64,000 nt of DNA, from positions 5,071 through 69,070 of the forward strand of contig DF237013.1 of NCBI GenBank assembly GCA_000708835.1. The letters run 5' to 3'. Within the stretch, counting starts at the first letter, position 1; each line of letters begins with the position of its first letter. The notes under the pieces were generated by a model, which had not been told where the DNA came from, made no database searches, and saw nothing but the letters and a program-made list of their open reading frames with translations. Origin of the DNA: Klebsormidium nitens (lineage: Eukaryota > Plantae > Klebsormidiophyceae). Positions 1 to 12,403 of this stretch are shown piece by piece. Position numbers and translations under genes: made by a program.

Positions 1-235
1 CTTCGTACATGCTCTGTAGCGTCCCTAGCATTCGGCTTGCCAGCCCTAAGCGGCCAAGAACCGCCCACAACTGTTCCCTTGGGACGCGGTCAAAAGCTTT
101 CGTGAAATCCACAAAGCATGCAAAAAGATGCCGGTTGCTTCCCCGAGCCCACCGCTCCACCAGCACCCTGAGCGTGAGCATCTGGTCCGCGCTTCGGAAC
201 CCCTTTCTAAATCCTGCCTGGCCCCGCGCCCTCAT
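1..235 (-). mobile_element. Non-LTR retrotransposon (LINE) reverse transcriptase fragment, 5'-truncated, continues beyond the left edge
   Basis: The minus strand reads open as MRARGQAGFRKGFRSADQMLTLRVLVERWARGSNRHLFACFVDFTKAFDRVPREQLWAVLGRLGLASRMLGTLQSMYE. It carries the LINE RT motifs QAGFR and FVDFxKAFDxV. Similarity stops at about 235. Not in the ORF track because the frame runs off the window edge. Confidence 0.92.
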
Positions 236-750
236 ATACAGATCGATATGAGTATATAGTTTATACGTGGGAAGTCATAAATGGACAGTGACCGACTATG
301 GATACTTCTGATTATGATGCCCTTGCACAAGGACTATGGAGATCAGACCGCGAATTGCATATGATCATTCATTCTGCATATCATTGCATGGCCGATCTTA
401 AACACTGATCGGTGGGCCGCACGCGCCAGTCGTACCAGTGTAAATTGAAGAATCGAAACAAACGTTTCTAGCTCAGACAGTTGTGGCTTTCAGACTAGGA
501 GAGAGAGAGACAGAGACGGATACGACCGTCAATCACAAAAGTTGGGACCATGTGACAAACAGATTTGGTGTACATGCAAGATGTGCCATGCAGGCCACCG
601 CGCTTCAGATTTTCGATGCAACCAAATTGAGCTTTAGGTTACAGCAGGCTAACCTTTAGCTGCACAGCTGCACGACAGAATGAAACGACTCCCTCTCCAT
701 GCATGCTTGCATCGCATCGAAGGTCTGCCTCGACATGATCGTGAACGGAT

Positions 751-3700
751 TCAAGCGCCAACCTTGCTTTGCCACCAGTTCCGGATTTCTCCAGTCCACT
801 TTGCCCCCTTCTGCAAAAGATCCGCAACGGCACTCGGCTTCGCCGTCCGAACCTCCTGCTCCTTATCCAGCGTCAAATAGGCGGCAGTCAAGATGTATAC
901 AGCAGGATCTAACGGCGTGGCTATGAAAGAACTGAATCTTCTATCCTGCGCAGTCATGCTTGAACGCGAATCTTCGTCTTCTGAGCCTGCCTTGACGCTT
1001 TCAGAGGGCCTATTAAACCGCAGACTGTGACGACTGTGCTGATGTCTGTTGCTGACTCTGCTTGAGCCCCGACTTCTTTCAGTGGTACCAGAATATTCGC
1101 GTTCGGCGAGACGATGGCTGTTATGAGCGAAGCCGGAATCTTTTGCGTGCTTGGTCTCAAGCAGACCTCGTCCCCTCTGTGGGCCGAGTGGTGTCAAATG
1201 CGCGAATGACGGCGCGCCACGTGTCTCCTCCTCGTCGAAGCGCTCGAAGTACCAGCCGCCGCAATCATGGGTGCTGGCACGTGGCTCGAAGAGCCATAAA
1301 CTGCAGAAAAAGAAAATCAGCTGATTGTTTGCGCCACAACAGGAACACCAAAGTGAAGGCTTTGACTCAGGGTGGGGAGTGGGGAGAAAGTTGTACGAAC
1401 CTTTCGGACTGAACGAGGTCTTAAGTCAAGACAACATACTTGTATCCCCAAGTGCCAGTTGCACGATCTCCGACCAGGGTGTAGGACGCTTGAAATCGAC
1501 GCTTGACACGCTGCACGCTTCTCCTCAACCTTAAACGACTAAAGGTTTTGCAAGACATTGCTCAACCGCTTTCTCATGATTTTGTTAAAGCTCCAATGCA
1601 ACGTCCTCAGGCCCCCTTGACCCCGCGCTCGGATGACTTTGAGCTTGACGAAACGCTCAAAATAATCGGTAAAAACTCCGTGTTAAACAAACCAGCCAAA
1701 ATGCAACTCACCTGCTGGGCAGCATCGCAGCCCGCCGCAGCCGCGCCTCGCACCTCCGGATACGCCGCCCCCGCTTATCCACGTCGCTACGGTACCAGGC
1801 CATATGCCGCACCTGAGATCAGACAGATATACTGGCATCTCCGTAACGCGCTTGCTATGGGCAGAATCACTTTAAGAGGCTTCGTATCGATTCTGCTCTG
1901 AGGTAAACCAGAGGAACATCCGTGACAAAACACGATGATCCCCTCAACAAGCTTCAAAAGTTCGTGTAAGAAATCGTGTGAGAGGGGTAGGTCAAGAATA
2001 ACCTCAAGATTTATCTTGGAGTTGCAGAAGAAGGGGAGGCTCAAAAGAGGGACATGCAACGTGCAACACACCTAGAAATCGCACCGACCAAAGCTGCAGC
2101 ATTTTTCACCAAGTGCACCTGATCGGAATGTCAGACAGATCTAGGCGTTTCTTTAAGCGACAGGAGGTTTCCTACCAGGGGGGTCCGGTGCTGCAGCAAC
2201 ATGTGCGTCTTCTCCCCCCCCTCGCGAAACACGTCCGTCGAAGGGCGGCCATCCCTTAGTCCGAAGATGCGCGCTAACAGCCGCGGCTTTCGGTACCGCA
2301 TCTCCAGCCTCTCGATGTCCTCCGCCCACCCGTCTTCTCTGTGTCCGTCTCCAGTTCCGTTCCGGAATCCGCTTCCGCTTCCGCTTGCAGAACCGTTTCT
2401 TGTTTCGTTGTCGATGCCGTTTGCCGCTTCCCCCCGATCATACACGTTCTCGTTCCCACATTCGGTCTTGAGTCCGTTCCCCCGCCGGCTTGCGCTATCC
2501 GTTCCGTTTTCTGTAGCTCTTCCGCTCCTACTTCCAGCGGCATCACAGCTTTCAGATCCGCTTTCCCTTTCTAGACCGCTACTGCTTTCAGTTTCATATT
2601 TCCAAGTAGACTTCTCTCGTTCTTCAGCATCTCGCCGATCCCAATCCTCAGGACCTTTTCTTTCTTCGTCATCGTTCTGCGCAAAAGCTGACACCCCGCG
2701 GTTCACAGCGTAGATCGATATGCAATCAATCCGTTCCACTTCTTCGCCAGTGGCCTCTCCGATTGCAGTTCCGCTTCGACTTCCGATTTCCGTCAGCGGA
2801 ACCCACTCGCGAGTCGCAACACCCACCACCTCCCCGTGCTGCGTCAGCTCCAACGTTGCAAAAACTTCGTCCCCGCTATCCCGCCTGTCGACGTTCCTTT
2901 CGGAGAACTCATGACTGCGCCCCTCACCCGTTTTCACCCTCGCCCGATCCTCCGTTCCGCTTTCCGTTCCGCTTTCCATTTCGCGGGTCTGAGCCCCAGT
3001 CCGTGGCCTGTAGTCTGCGCTGCTTTGAGCAGCATTTCTGGACGCATCCGAATCATCCGGACTTCTCGCTTCTTCACCTGACGCCCTTTTGCTCACGGAG
3101 CACCCTGCCTCCGCCCTCGATTCGTGCACTGCGTTAGGATCCAAACCCCCGTCAAAATCCCTCGCCCGAAACCCCTTGAAGTTTCCGTCCCCTTTCTCTG
3201 ATCCACCCCAGCTTTTCCTTACTCCGCTTTCCGCTTCAACCCTGTTCTTACTCTCTCCCGCTGTCCCTGCTACAGGCCGGCAACTCCTATTCTCTCCTTC
3301 CCCTAACCCGATCTCGCTTGCCCCCAGTTCATAGCCAGCGCCTATCCTCTCTTTACTCTCCCCAGCTTCAAGAACCGCCTTCGGACGCCCATTCACACCG
3401 TGTCCAAGCAGGACGTCCCGCGCCTCTCGGACGGTGCCCAACAGTTGCCGCCCGCTGACGATGTGCATGACATCACCCAATCCGGCCACGCTGCGCTCTT
3501 CGCCTGAACACACAGAGAGACGCGGCAAAAAGGATATGTTACACGTTGGAAAGGCCGCACAGGCTCGACGCACTCCTCTAAGAGCTCTGGACGCACAGAA
3601 GCGCTCTGATTAGATGGTCACTGAAGTTGAGTGCCTTGTCAATGACGGCTAAGAGGGGCTGATCCGCTGGCCATGTTACACAGATTGGCGGCCAGCACGG

Positions 3701-4896
3701 GAAAATGCTTTGAGGCTTCAAATTTCTCGTCCAACCTCTTGTCTAAACGCCAATTTCGAGGCACCCCTAAGGTTAAAACCTGGCTAGTCCTATGCGTGTT
3801 TTTGTAATCCAAGCAAGTAAGGTACTCGAAAGCGATCCGAGAAATTCATTGCAGGTTCGAAGGATAGATGCCTTAGAGCGAGTTCCATACCTTCGAATTC
3901 CATTGGCCACTCCCCCAGAGCCAACGCCCCCACTTCCGGCCCAAAGTACGCTTTCCTCACCGCCGCCCCAAACTCCACCCTCACCAGATGCGCCAGCCCT
4001 TCCCCCTCCCCTCCATACTTAACCACCTCCCTGACCGCCTGCCGGTACTGCCTAACCCAGGGTGCCACGTGGCTGTCTCCGATTGGATCCTCTGGCCAGT
4101 TAGTCTCAGAAGTGGGGGGGTCGAAGTCGAAGGCGGACTTGACGAACTTGGACCGACTGGAAAGGTGGGCGTCGTAAGTTGCACGACGTGTGGGGTCTCG
4201 CAACACCTGTTGGAAAGGTATACAGCAATGTGTTGACAACCTTCTGATCTTGGGGTTTTTTTTCAAATTCATCTGGATAGTTCCTCTGATCCACTGCCTC
4301 TAGTAATTGCATCAATTTTCACAGCCCAATCCTGTACTTGAATTGACTATACAGATAGCTTCTGACGGCGCCTGCAGCATTTCGAGTCAGCGGGCCACAA
4401 GACTTACATAACATCCACGAAACCCCTTTCAGGCTCCCGAACCTGCTACAGGTTACAATTACAGTGAAAAATGACAACTATCTCAAGAGTAAATAGGAAA
4501 AGTTTTCCACCATCTTATGTGAGACTAAAAAAAGTGATTTCTCGCACCTCCGGATTTACACGCCAGGACATGGCCTTGATCGACCAGCATCCGAAAGGCC
4601 TTACACCATTCATACACAAAACTTCACACCGATCAACCTCTCACCTCATAAGCCGCAGCCAAACGAATGAACTTCTCTGCCTGCCGGTCCGCCTCCTCGT
4701 CTCTCTGGATGTCGGGGTGCATCTTCTTTGCCTGGCGGTAAAACGCCACCTTTATTTGCTCCTGAGGGCATGTCCGCTCAACCCCTAACACTTCATAAAG
4801 ATTAAAGGCCCGAGAACTCAGCCCTCTGACCCTTTGGGTGGTTGAGAGATGCTGGGCGGCTTGTGAGAAGAGGCGGCTATGTAGAAAGAGAGACAT
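751..4896 (-). CDS. DnaJ/J-domain protein (plant-type, long C-terminus, likely organelle-targeted), about 848 aa, 5 exons
   Basis: Exons 4896-4645, 4206-3891, 3503-2176, 1812-1712, 1300-751, all GT-AG with consistent phases (2547 nt). J-domain: NLYEVLGV...AFYRQAKKMHPD...LAAAYE|VLRDPTRRATYD. C-terminal blocks include FEGEERS..DVMHIVSGRQLLG, HRTPL|VRHM, SLWLFEPRASTHDCGGWYFE and LDPAVYILTAAYLTLD. Exon 3 has a long E/S/G-rich low-complexity insert. Confidence 0.88.
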
Positions 4897-6219
4897 GCTG
4901 GCATGCGCAGATGAGTGGCTTTCAGCTATATCATTGTGGAAGCTTTTAAGCTGCAGTATCAGAGAAAAGTTGAGAGGTATCGCACAAGTTTCAAGGAACA
5001 GGTGAAAAACATATGAGCGCTGAAGAGAAGCTCACAAAAGTCCACTCAAAGAGCAGCTGGCACTTGATATGCGTATGCAAAGATTGGTGGAAGATCCCCT
5101 GCAAACTTTCCCTGAGAAGTGGTGCTGCAATCGTTAATGACTTTGTGAAAGATAAGCTTCATGCAGCTGAAGACTTCTGTCTGCTCTTCAGGCTACTTAT
5201 CAGTCTCTTTTTGGAGCACCAGGAACCATGCGCCAGCTCTTTAAGGCAACCTGGAGTAAGGCAACTTTCAGGCCAGCATGCAAGAAGGAAGTTCAAGCTG
5301 CTGAAAGGAGGATAGACTGATTGGGGGGCAAACTCTTCAGCCTTTCAAAAAAAACCTCTCCGCTGTCAGGAGCGCGTTGATAGCCAACAACACACCGTGA
5401 AGAGTGAGACTTGCATGCCCCTTGAGACAACATTGAGTGCGCCCTACCACCTAGATCCCAGCCCCCTTCGATCACACCTCTTTTTCCTAGGATAAATCTC
5501 GTGCAGGCTGCACAGCTCGGATTCAGAATCAGAAAGGACAGCAAGCACGGTCAAGTCACTGCTGAGCACTAGAAGGTGTAGATTGTTCCAAGCTGGGGTA
5601 CTGGTTCTGAAATCAAATATCTGCAATAACCGGCGCATCTGGGCATACTTTGCCGTCTTTTTACGCAGCGAAGGACCAAGGTATTCGCACCTGAGAGACT
5701 CACGTCAACAAACGCCGTCACAGCCGCCTCTTGAGAAATAGTACTAGTATTAGTAGCACTTTGGCTGCCTCACATGTCCTTGCAAGTTCTCAAAATGCCT
5801 CGACACTTCAGGTCTTCTAGCTAGGACCAATTTCGTGCTGAGAGGTTCAACAACGTGGATCTAGAAAGGAAGAGCGTTCACGTCATTTGAAAGCTTGCTG
5901 ACTATGCAGCTGTTCTGAGCTTCGTTCCACTACCCTACTTTTTCTGCGTGGGCTGCGCAGTTTTCTAGTGGAAGGCGTGTCTCGGTGATTGAAACAGCAA
6001 AAGGGATTGACGGATCTGTGCCGTTTTTGTTTCCTTTGGTAGCACCGCCCCACCCGACCATTAAGGAATAGGCGCAATCTGCGGAATGGTTAGGCCATTG
6101 ACAGTCACCTCCATATTTGCAGCATTGCACATCTGCAGCTTCGCATAATCCCGATACAGTGCCTTGTTGCTTTCTGTGACCAACTTGCAGGCAGTGATTT
6201 GACGTCTGTAAGAAATTCA

Positions 6220-9200
6220 ATGGCTCTGAGCACTTCCACACCGCTGGCTTGTCCTTCCTCCAGCACAGGCATTGGCGCCCTTACTCCGCTCAAAGATTGC
6301 CAGCTTATCATTTCCGGGCAATCAGTCTCTGCCATCCACCGGCCTTTTAGCAAGGCAACCTATCAACACCGTCAGCATCATGCCTGCAATTCATGTCTTA
6401 CGGGAGCCTGTGGGATCAAGTCACGCCAACCCCTGTATGGATCACCAGCGCTCGAACTTGCCTCCTGTCACTTTCAGCAGAACAGCCACTTTTTGGGCAA
6501 AGTGAATCAAGAGCGGGCTTACGTGCATTACAGAAAGGGGCATGGGAGGCGCCGCGGAATGGCCCGCAGTGCACTTGGCTTTACATCAGAGCCACGAGTG
6601 GAGTGAGTAACGAAGCCAACCGTTTGCAGGAGTCCAGTTGAACTCGGGGTTCTTTATCTCTGATTAGTTTTTATCGTCATTTTGTCTTTGATCATGTAGA
6701 AGGATCTATGCCTCTTGAAGAGAGGTTCGAGCGCTTCGAGCAACTGAAGAATACAAATGGAGATATTGCCTTTCAGTTGCCTTTGTTGATAAAGCCCCAA
6801 GAAAGACATTGGGTGATCATTGAACGTAGAATGACCCCTTAATCTGAAAAGCGAATTGTGTTATGGTGATTCATCATTTGTTCTCTGTGCAGGGTGGAGC
6901 GTGCAGCGGGCAACCTTCTGAAGGACGCTGCATCAGTCCTGGTGTATCAGTCCGTTCTGACAGGGGCCCCGGCACAGGCTCTGCTGAAGCTGCTGCTTGC
7001 GCTGCGCCGCTCTGATGGTGAGTAAAGGGAGATCCAAAGGCAAAGTACTCTTGTCATTGTTTCCTGGTCAGACTTAAGCCACAGATTCTAAGCAGGACCT
7101 TAGTCTTAGCCAGTCTCAACTGGCTCTTCAAGCTCAGTGTTGCCGGCTGAGCAGTTTTAACCAGTAATGATATGACTTTTTCCTTCACCTCAACCCCGCT
7201 TTTGACTATCCTTCTTCTTCACAGCATGCGCTTGCCCTTGTAACCTGCTTCATCTCAAAGTGTTCTCCGATCTTGAATTTACCTCAATGGTGTCTGTCCA
7301 CCAGTCTCCTTCACATCCGCTTTCACTGTCTCACCTTTTTCATGTCGTAAGTGAACATGTATCCAGTAACTGACTACGTCTTACATCCCTTCTCTTTGCA
7401 ACCCGCTCCAACTCACGCCTGCTCAACCCCCTCTCCGCAGACCAAGTCCGCATCCTCGAGTCCTACGGCCAGTTCTTCCAGAGCCTTGCAAAAGGGGGCC
7501 ACGCCAGCTGGGAAGAATATGTCCTTGATCGCATCCTGGCGGGCGAAGACAACCCGTTTGCCACTGCCGCTGCAAAGGGGCAGGCCGTCAGCCAGACGTT
7601 ATTGGCTGCGGCGGCGGCCGATTTGGATGTGTTACAGGGGCTCGCTATCATGGAGCACTCTTTGGTCTCCTGGGTGAGTTCTTTTCGGCCTTTTCACCCG
7701 AGAAGAGATAACATCTGCATCCCTGTGATTTCAAACCGTCCAGTTTCCGCCTTTGGTCAAAGTTACTGGGCTTTGGAATTGGAATTTTGTCCATTAGCCC
7801 GTTGCTTCTATCAATAGAATCTGACAGATTGTCAGAGGGCCGGAAAAAGAAAGAGAGATGCGTGGTCGAGCTTGTGAGCATTCGCTGAGGTTGCCGCCCG
7901 CATTCAGGATGTATACATGTCCATGTTGTAGATTGCAGTCTGCTTAGCGAACAGTAGGACACGCCAATCTGTGGTTGCCACGCCGTATCGTTCCTTGTCA
8001 TCAGGCGTTGTGCTTTGCAGTGTTCAAATACCATTTCGGAGACCCGCAGTCTCATATCCTTCTGTGCGGTCCTGTCTCCTCATAGTTTGGACCTGGGTGC
8101 AGGTCGGCGACGTCGTCAGTCTGCGGCCTGAGTGGAAGTTCGCCACTGCGGGCACCACGAAGACTGCGAAGATGGACCCAAGGCCGCCTCCGGAGAGTCG
8201 TTTGAGACTTGGTTTCGACTATGGCGCGGAACCTGATCGTGAAAAGAAACTAGAGCGGGAAGGGAAGGTCGAGAATGAAGGTCGGGGACCAGGGTTCGAG
8301 GAGTTCGGATTTGGCGGCGCGAGCGAGAGCCATAGTACGGAAAGAAAGCAGGAAAGAGGCTTTGGGGGTTTCGGTTTTGGAACCGGCCAAGAAGACGAGG
8401 GGGTAAAGAGTTTTGGATTCGGAGGGGGACCGGAATCCAGCAAGAGAGATAGAAACGGAAGTGAGGACAGGAACGGGAAGGATAATACTGGGGGTATAAT
8501 CGGCCTCGTTCCGGGGGGAGGAGAGGTAGGTTCAGAGGATTTCAAACTCTTATGTTTTGACCAATCTTCTTTTCTTGTTCGTGATGATTGTTCAGCGGCT
8601 TCAGGCGAGGGACTTGTCGTAATGAGCAGGTTGCTCGAGGGCGCTCGCCGAGAAAAACCGACGAAGTCGCTGCGCAAAGTTTAGCAGAAAAGGGGTTGCT
8701 TCACGACTTCGAACACGGACTTGCTCGGGCTGACGAGCGTCTCGACAATATGGGCAGCATATTGAAAAGAGGGCTCGACGCAGCCGAAATAGTATACTGT
8801 CCGCCCGCGAATATGACAAAGTTCCTATCTGGGGGGTCCTATGACGACATCGTGCACTGAGAGATCGACTTTGAACTTCGTGTACCGGAGAATACAATCA
8901 GTTGCAGGGTACAACTTTCACGGAAACTGCTGTATGAACGGAGGGCAGAGAAAACAAGGGTCCTTCTCCCGTCTTTCAGAATCCCGCCAGAGACAGCGTT
9001 GCGACGAACGCGGAGTGGCGCGCCAAGATTAGCGGGCTGTGGAAGTGGTCCGAGGCGGTGCCGCTCCTCGAGAGCTACTACCGCAAGTTCGGCACAGGGG
9101 CCGTAGCGGCGAATCTGAGTGAGTCATGTGTACCGCTTCACAAACTGTTGTAAAACCCTTGCTTTACGACCGGTGTGAATTTTGTGGCTTCATTTTTTAT

Positions 9201-12200
9201 CGGATCCTGATTGCGAGAAAAGGGCTTTTATCGTCCAGAGATGTTTCGTAGTAAAAAGTAGGCGTGTGTTCACGGACGTCGATTTACTGCAATTCAATAA
9301 ATGCGAAAGGCTCTTTTTGGCACCCAGTTTCTTCAAGTCGTGTATAGAGTACAGTCCGAAGGTATTGAGCCGTATCTCGGGCGGGCTTGGCCTGAAAAAG
9401 TCGCCTGAAAAAAGAGGTGTGTTTGATCATCGTTCACTGATGAAGCTGAAACGCTGATCTTCAAATGGTCATGTCTGAGCAGACAAAATAAGGAAGAATA
9501 AGGAGGTCGGGTCACCTCGCGGTCTAGAAGTACACTCTCAGGAACCCCTTCTTGCTATGTACTTTTTGGGCCCTCCTAACATATCTAGCTTGTTAACCTA
9601 CCGTGAGTACTGGCTCAATCGGAAACCGGCTTTGTGAGCGAAACAATTCCAGTGTACTTCGAGATACACATCTGCATCCGTTGCGCGCTCTCCCACATCA
9701 TTGGCCGATACAGGCAAAGGTCAATCACCTTTGGACACCTAAACAATCTTTCCACATGCAGCTTCGGCATCTAATCTCTAAAGTTTGGGTCTTCGTTTGC
9801 AGGTCTGAAGTGGCAAGGCGGAAAGCTCGTGAGCTGTGCTCCTCCAAAGGAGATCGGAACTGTGCTTAGCATCCAAAGGGACGCCTTCGAAGCGATGACG
9901 AGCAACCTGGAACTGCACGCCGAGGGGCAGCCGGCGCACCACACTTTACTGGTATGCTCAATTTCATGTTCAAACTTTGAAGATCATACCTGTTTGAAAC
10001 CGATTCAGCATGCATGGCTGGTCGGTCGCGTTCGGGATTCTAGGATTTCGTTGCCCAGAAAGTAACAGTGATGATCTGCACATGTTGCCGACGAACGGCT
10101 ATCTTCTTACTCATGCTTGAAACCATCTCCCAAACCCCCATCTCAATCTCTTGGCTTAGGGTCTTTGATTAGGCCAAGGAACCAGGTACGGCCGCATGGA
10201 CATCAGTCTTCAGATCCTGCTAAGCATGAAAGCAAAACCCTAAAACTCTACGATCCTAAGACCCTAGGATTCTAGAACCCTAGTTCACCTGTATGTTTGT
10301 CTCCTGCAGTACGGCCGCTCCGGCCTGGGCAAGTCATGGGTCCTCACGCACGCCGCCGCGGTCGCCGCAAAACGCTCCGGGCTTCGGACGGTCAAAGTCT
10401 CCCGACAGGAGGCGAAGACTTTGGACAAGCTTTTGGACGAGGTCCGACTGCACCCAAACGTTCGGTTCGCGGTTCTGCTGGACGACCTGACGTTCAAAGC
10501 GGGGGACGAGGCGGGGGCGGCTTTTAAGCAGTTGCTCGAGGGGAGTTTCGAGGTGAGTCGGCGCCGGATGGGGCTTTCTCTTGTTTCGAGGATGAGATTT
10601 TTTGGCGACCAAAACAGCGGCGGAGTTTATCTTGTCAGGAGGGCAGATGAATGTTTCTGATCATGGGTCTAGGCTCTGACAAGATCGTCAGTTGTTCAAC
10701 ATGTGCCACGCACGGTCCAACCAAGTCGAAGCAAATCTGCGCCTCAAAAACAACCAAGTCTGCGCCTCAAGTCCAATTAACATCTGAAACCCCTTCGTTA
10801 GCCACTGGAATCCTCAGCTCCGAAACGAACCAACATCAAAAACCGCTCGTCAGCCACTGAAATTTCAGCCCCGATCCTTTTGCTGCAGGAATGGCCGTCG
10901 AATTCGATCATCTGCGCCTCAATTCCAAGCAACAACAGAAAGAGCACGATAGCTACTGAGTTTCTGAGCCCCAAAACCCTCTGGTGCAGGAAGGGCCGTC
11001 GAATGCGATCATTTGCGCCTCGAGTCCAACCAACTTCATAAGCCGCTCGTTAGCTACTGATGCTTTGAGCCTCGAAACTGCCTGCTACAAGAATGGCCGT
11101 CAAAGGCGATCGTTTGCACCCCAAGTCCAATCAACATCGATAGTCACTGAGAATCGCACCCCCGGAACTAATTGCCGCAGGCGCGGCCGTCGAATGCGAT
11201 CGTCTGTGCCTCGAGTCCAATCAACAGCCTCTGAAATTCGTACCCCCAAAACCATTTGCTGCAGGAATGGCCGTCGGATGCAACTTTTTGCGCCTCAAGC
11301 CTGAGCAACATCGTTATTCACTGAGGAGCCTCAACCCGTACCAGTTTGCTGCAGGAACGGCCGTCAATCGCGATAATCTGTGCTTCGACTTCTATCAAGG
11401 TATAACCGCTCGTTAGCTACTGGGTTTCTCAAACCCAGAACCGTTTGCTGCAGGAATGGCCGTCGAACGCGATCATCTGTGCCTCAACATCATAAGCCGC
11501 TCGTTAGCTATTGAACATCTTGACTCCGAAACTGTTTGCTGCAGGAATGGCCGTCAAATGCGATCATCTGCGCGTCGAGCCCTACTCGGGAGCTGTCCCG
11601 GGGGCCTCCCTCCGAGCCGGCGTACCGAGAGGGGGGCGCGATTGGGCAGCACTTCGGACTCGCTCTCGAGTTGCCGGAGTTTAGCCAGGTAGGCTTTCAA
11701 CGAGCCTTTTGGATTTGCCGGAGTTTACCGGAGTTTGCTCCTGAATCTGCCGGAGTTTGCCGGAGTCTACCCGTTTCGCGGAATCTGCATCTGCTTGGTG
11801 TAAGTGGCCAGCACTCTGAACTTGCACTCGAGTTGAGGGTCATACGAGGGATTCAGGACTCGAATCCCGCAAAAGGTACCAAGTTGCTGAGACGATAGGC
11901 GAACCAAAGAAGCCTTTTTTCTCATGGCTTCGAGGCTTCTGCAGTCGCTCTACAGTATTCTCTGCCAAGATGAGAACTGAATAGGTCAAGCTTTAAGGTG
12001 TTAGGACACCATGGAGGCATTGAAACAGACCGGACTACACCCCGGTAGGCTTGCATCGACCGCCCTGAAGTTGCCCGCAGCTTACTCCGGCAGGCTCATC
12101 GGTAAATCTAGATTGGCGCACGTTTTGGTCCTGTTCTGATGGGCTTTCTTGACGTACCGGTTTGAATGGGGCGCTAATGTATGCCTTTCTTGTAAGAAGT

Positions 12201-12403
12201 TGAACCTTTCGTATGCTCGTGATGCTCGTCAAGGCTTGCTTGTGCACGCTGGCTCGAAACCGTTGCACATTCTCTAACTCCAAGTAGAGTAAGGCGTGAT
12301 CCGGGGTTATTATTCTTTTCAGGAGACTTGTAGAGCTGCATTGAATGAGTTGGCGGGCCGGCAGCGAGTTGACGACATCGAATTTGAAAGTCTACCAGCG
12401 TGA
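6220..12403 (+). CDS. DUF815-family AAA+ ATPase-like protein with N-terminal transit-peptide-like extension (3' end uncertain)
   Basis: Exons 6220-6602, 6893-7017, 7441-7673, 8103-8525, 8980-9118, 9803-9951, 10310-10552, 11545-11688, 12323-12403, with consistent phases. Motifs: VLVYQSVL, YGQFFQSLA..SWEEYVLDRILAGEDNPF, WSEAVPLLESYYRKFGTG, HHTLL|YGRSGLGKS (Walker A), FAVLLDDLTF (Walker B), FKQLLEGSFE, WPSNAIICASS, HFGLAL. The N-terminus is S/T/A-rich. The last exon may instead splice at gc|gtgagc near 12399. Confidence 0.82.
10730..11580 (+). repeat. Intronic tandem array (about 95-bp unit): 7 degenerate copies of the acceptor plus the first 35-45 nt of DUF815 exon 8
   Basis: The motif TGCTGCAG|GAATGGCCGTC-AATGCGATCATCTG-GCCTC recurs at about 10880, 10983, 11081, 11172, 11257, 11347 and 11445. 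The functional copy is at 11537-11580. More decayed pieces lie at 10730-10860. Confidence 0.93.

Noticed and set aside
2131-3573. 480-aa ORF as a standalone gene
   Set aside because: It is exon 3 of the DnaJ gene (3503-2176) plus read-through into flanking introns. The opposite-strand ORFs here are antisense shadows of low-complexity coding sequence.
10234-10285. Telo-box-like CCCTAA/CCCTAG clusters in introns (also about 15402, 18380, 35656, 63450)
   Set aside because: Short and degenerate, and they overlap likely branch-point (CTAA) regions. I could not distinguish them from background without statistics.
10870-11580. CRISPR-like repeat-spacer array
   Set aside because: The units are degenerate along their whole length, derive from the host exon junction, have no unique spacers or cas genes, and lie in eukaryotic intron context.
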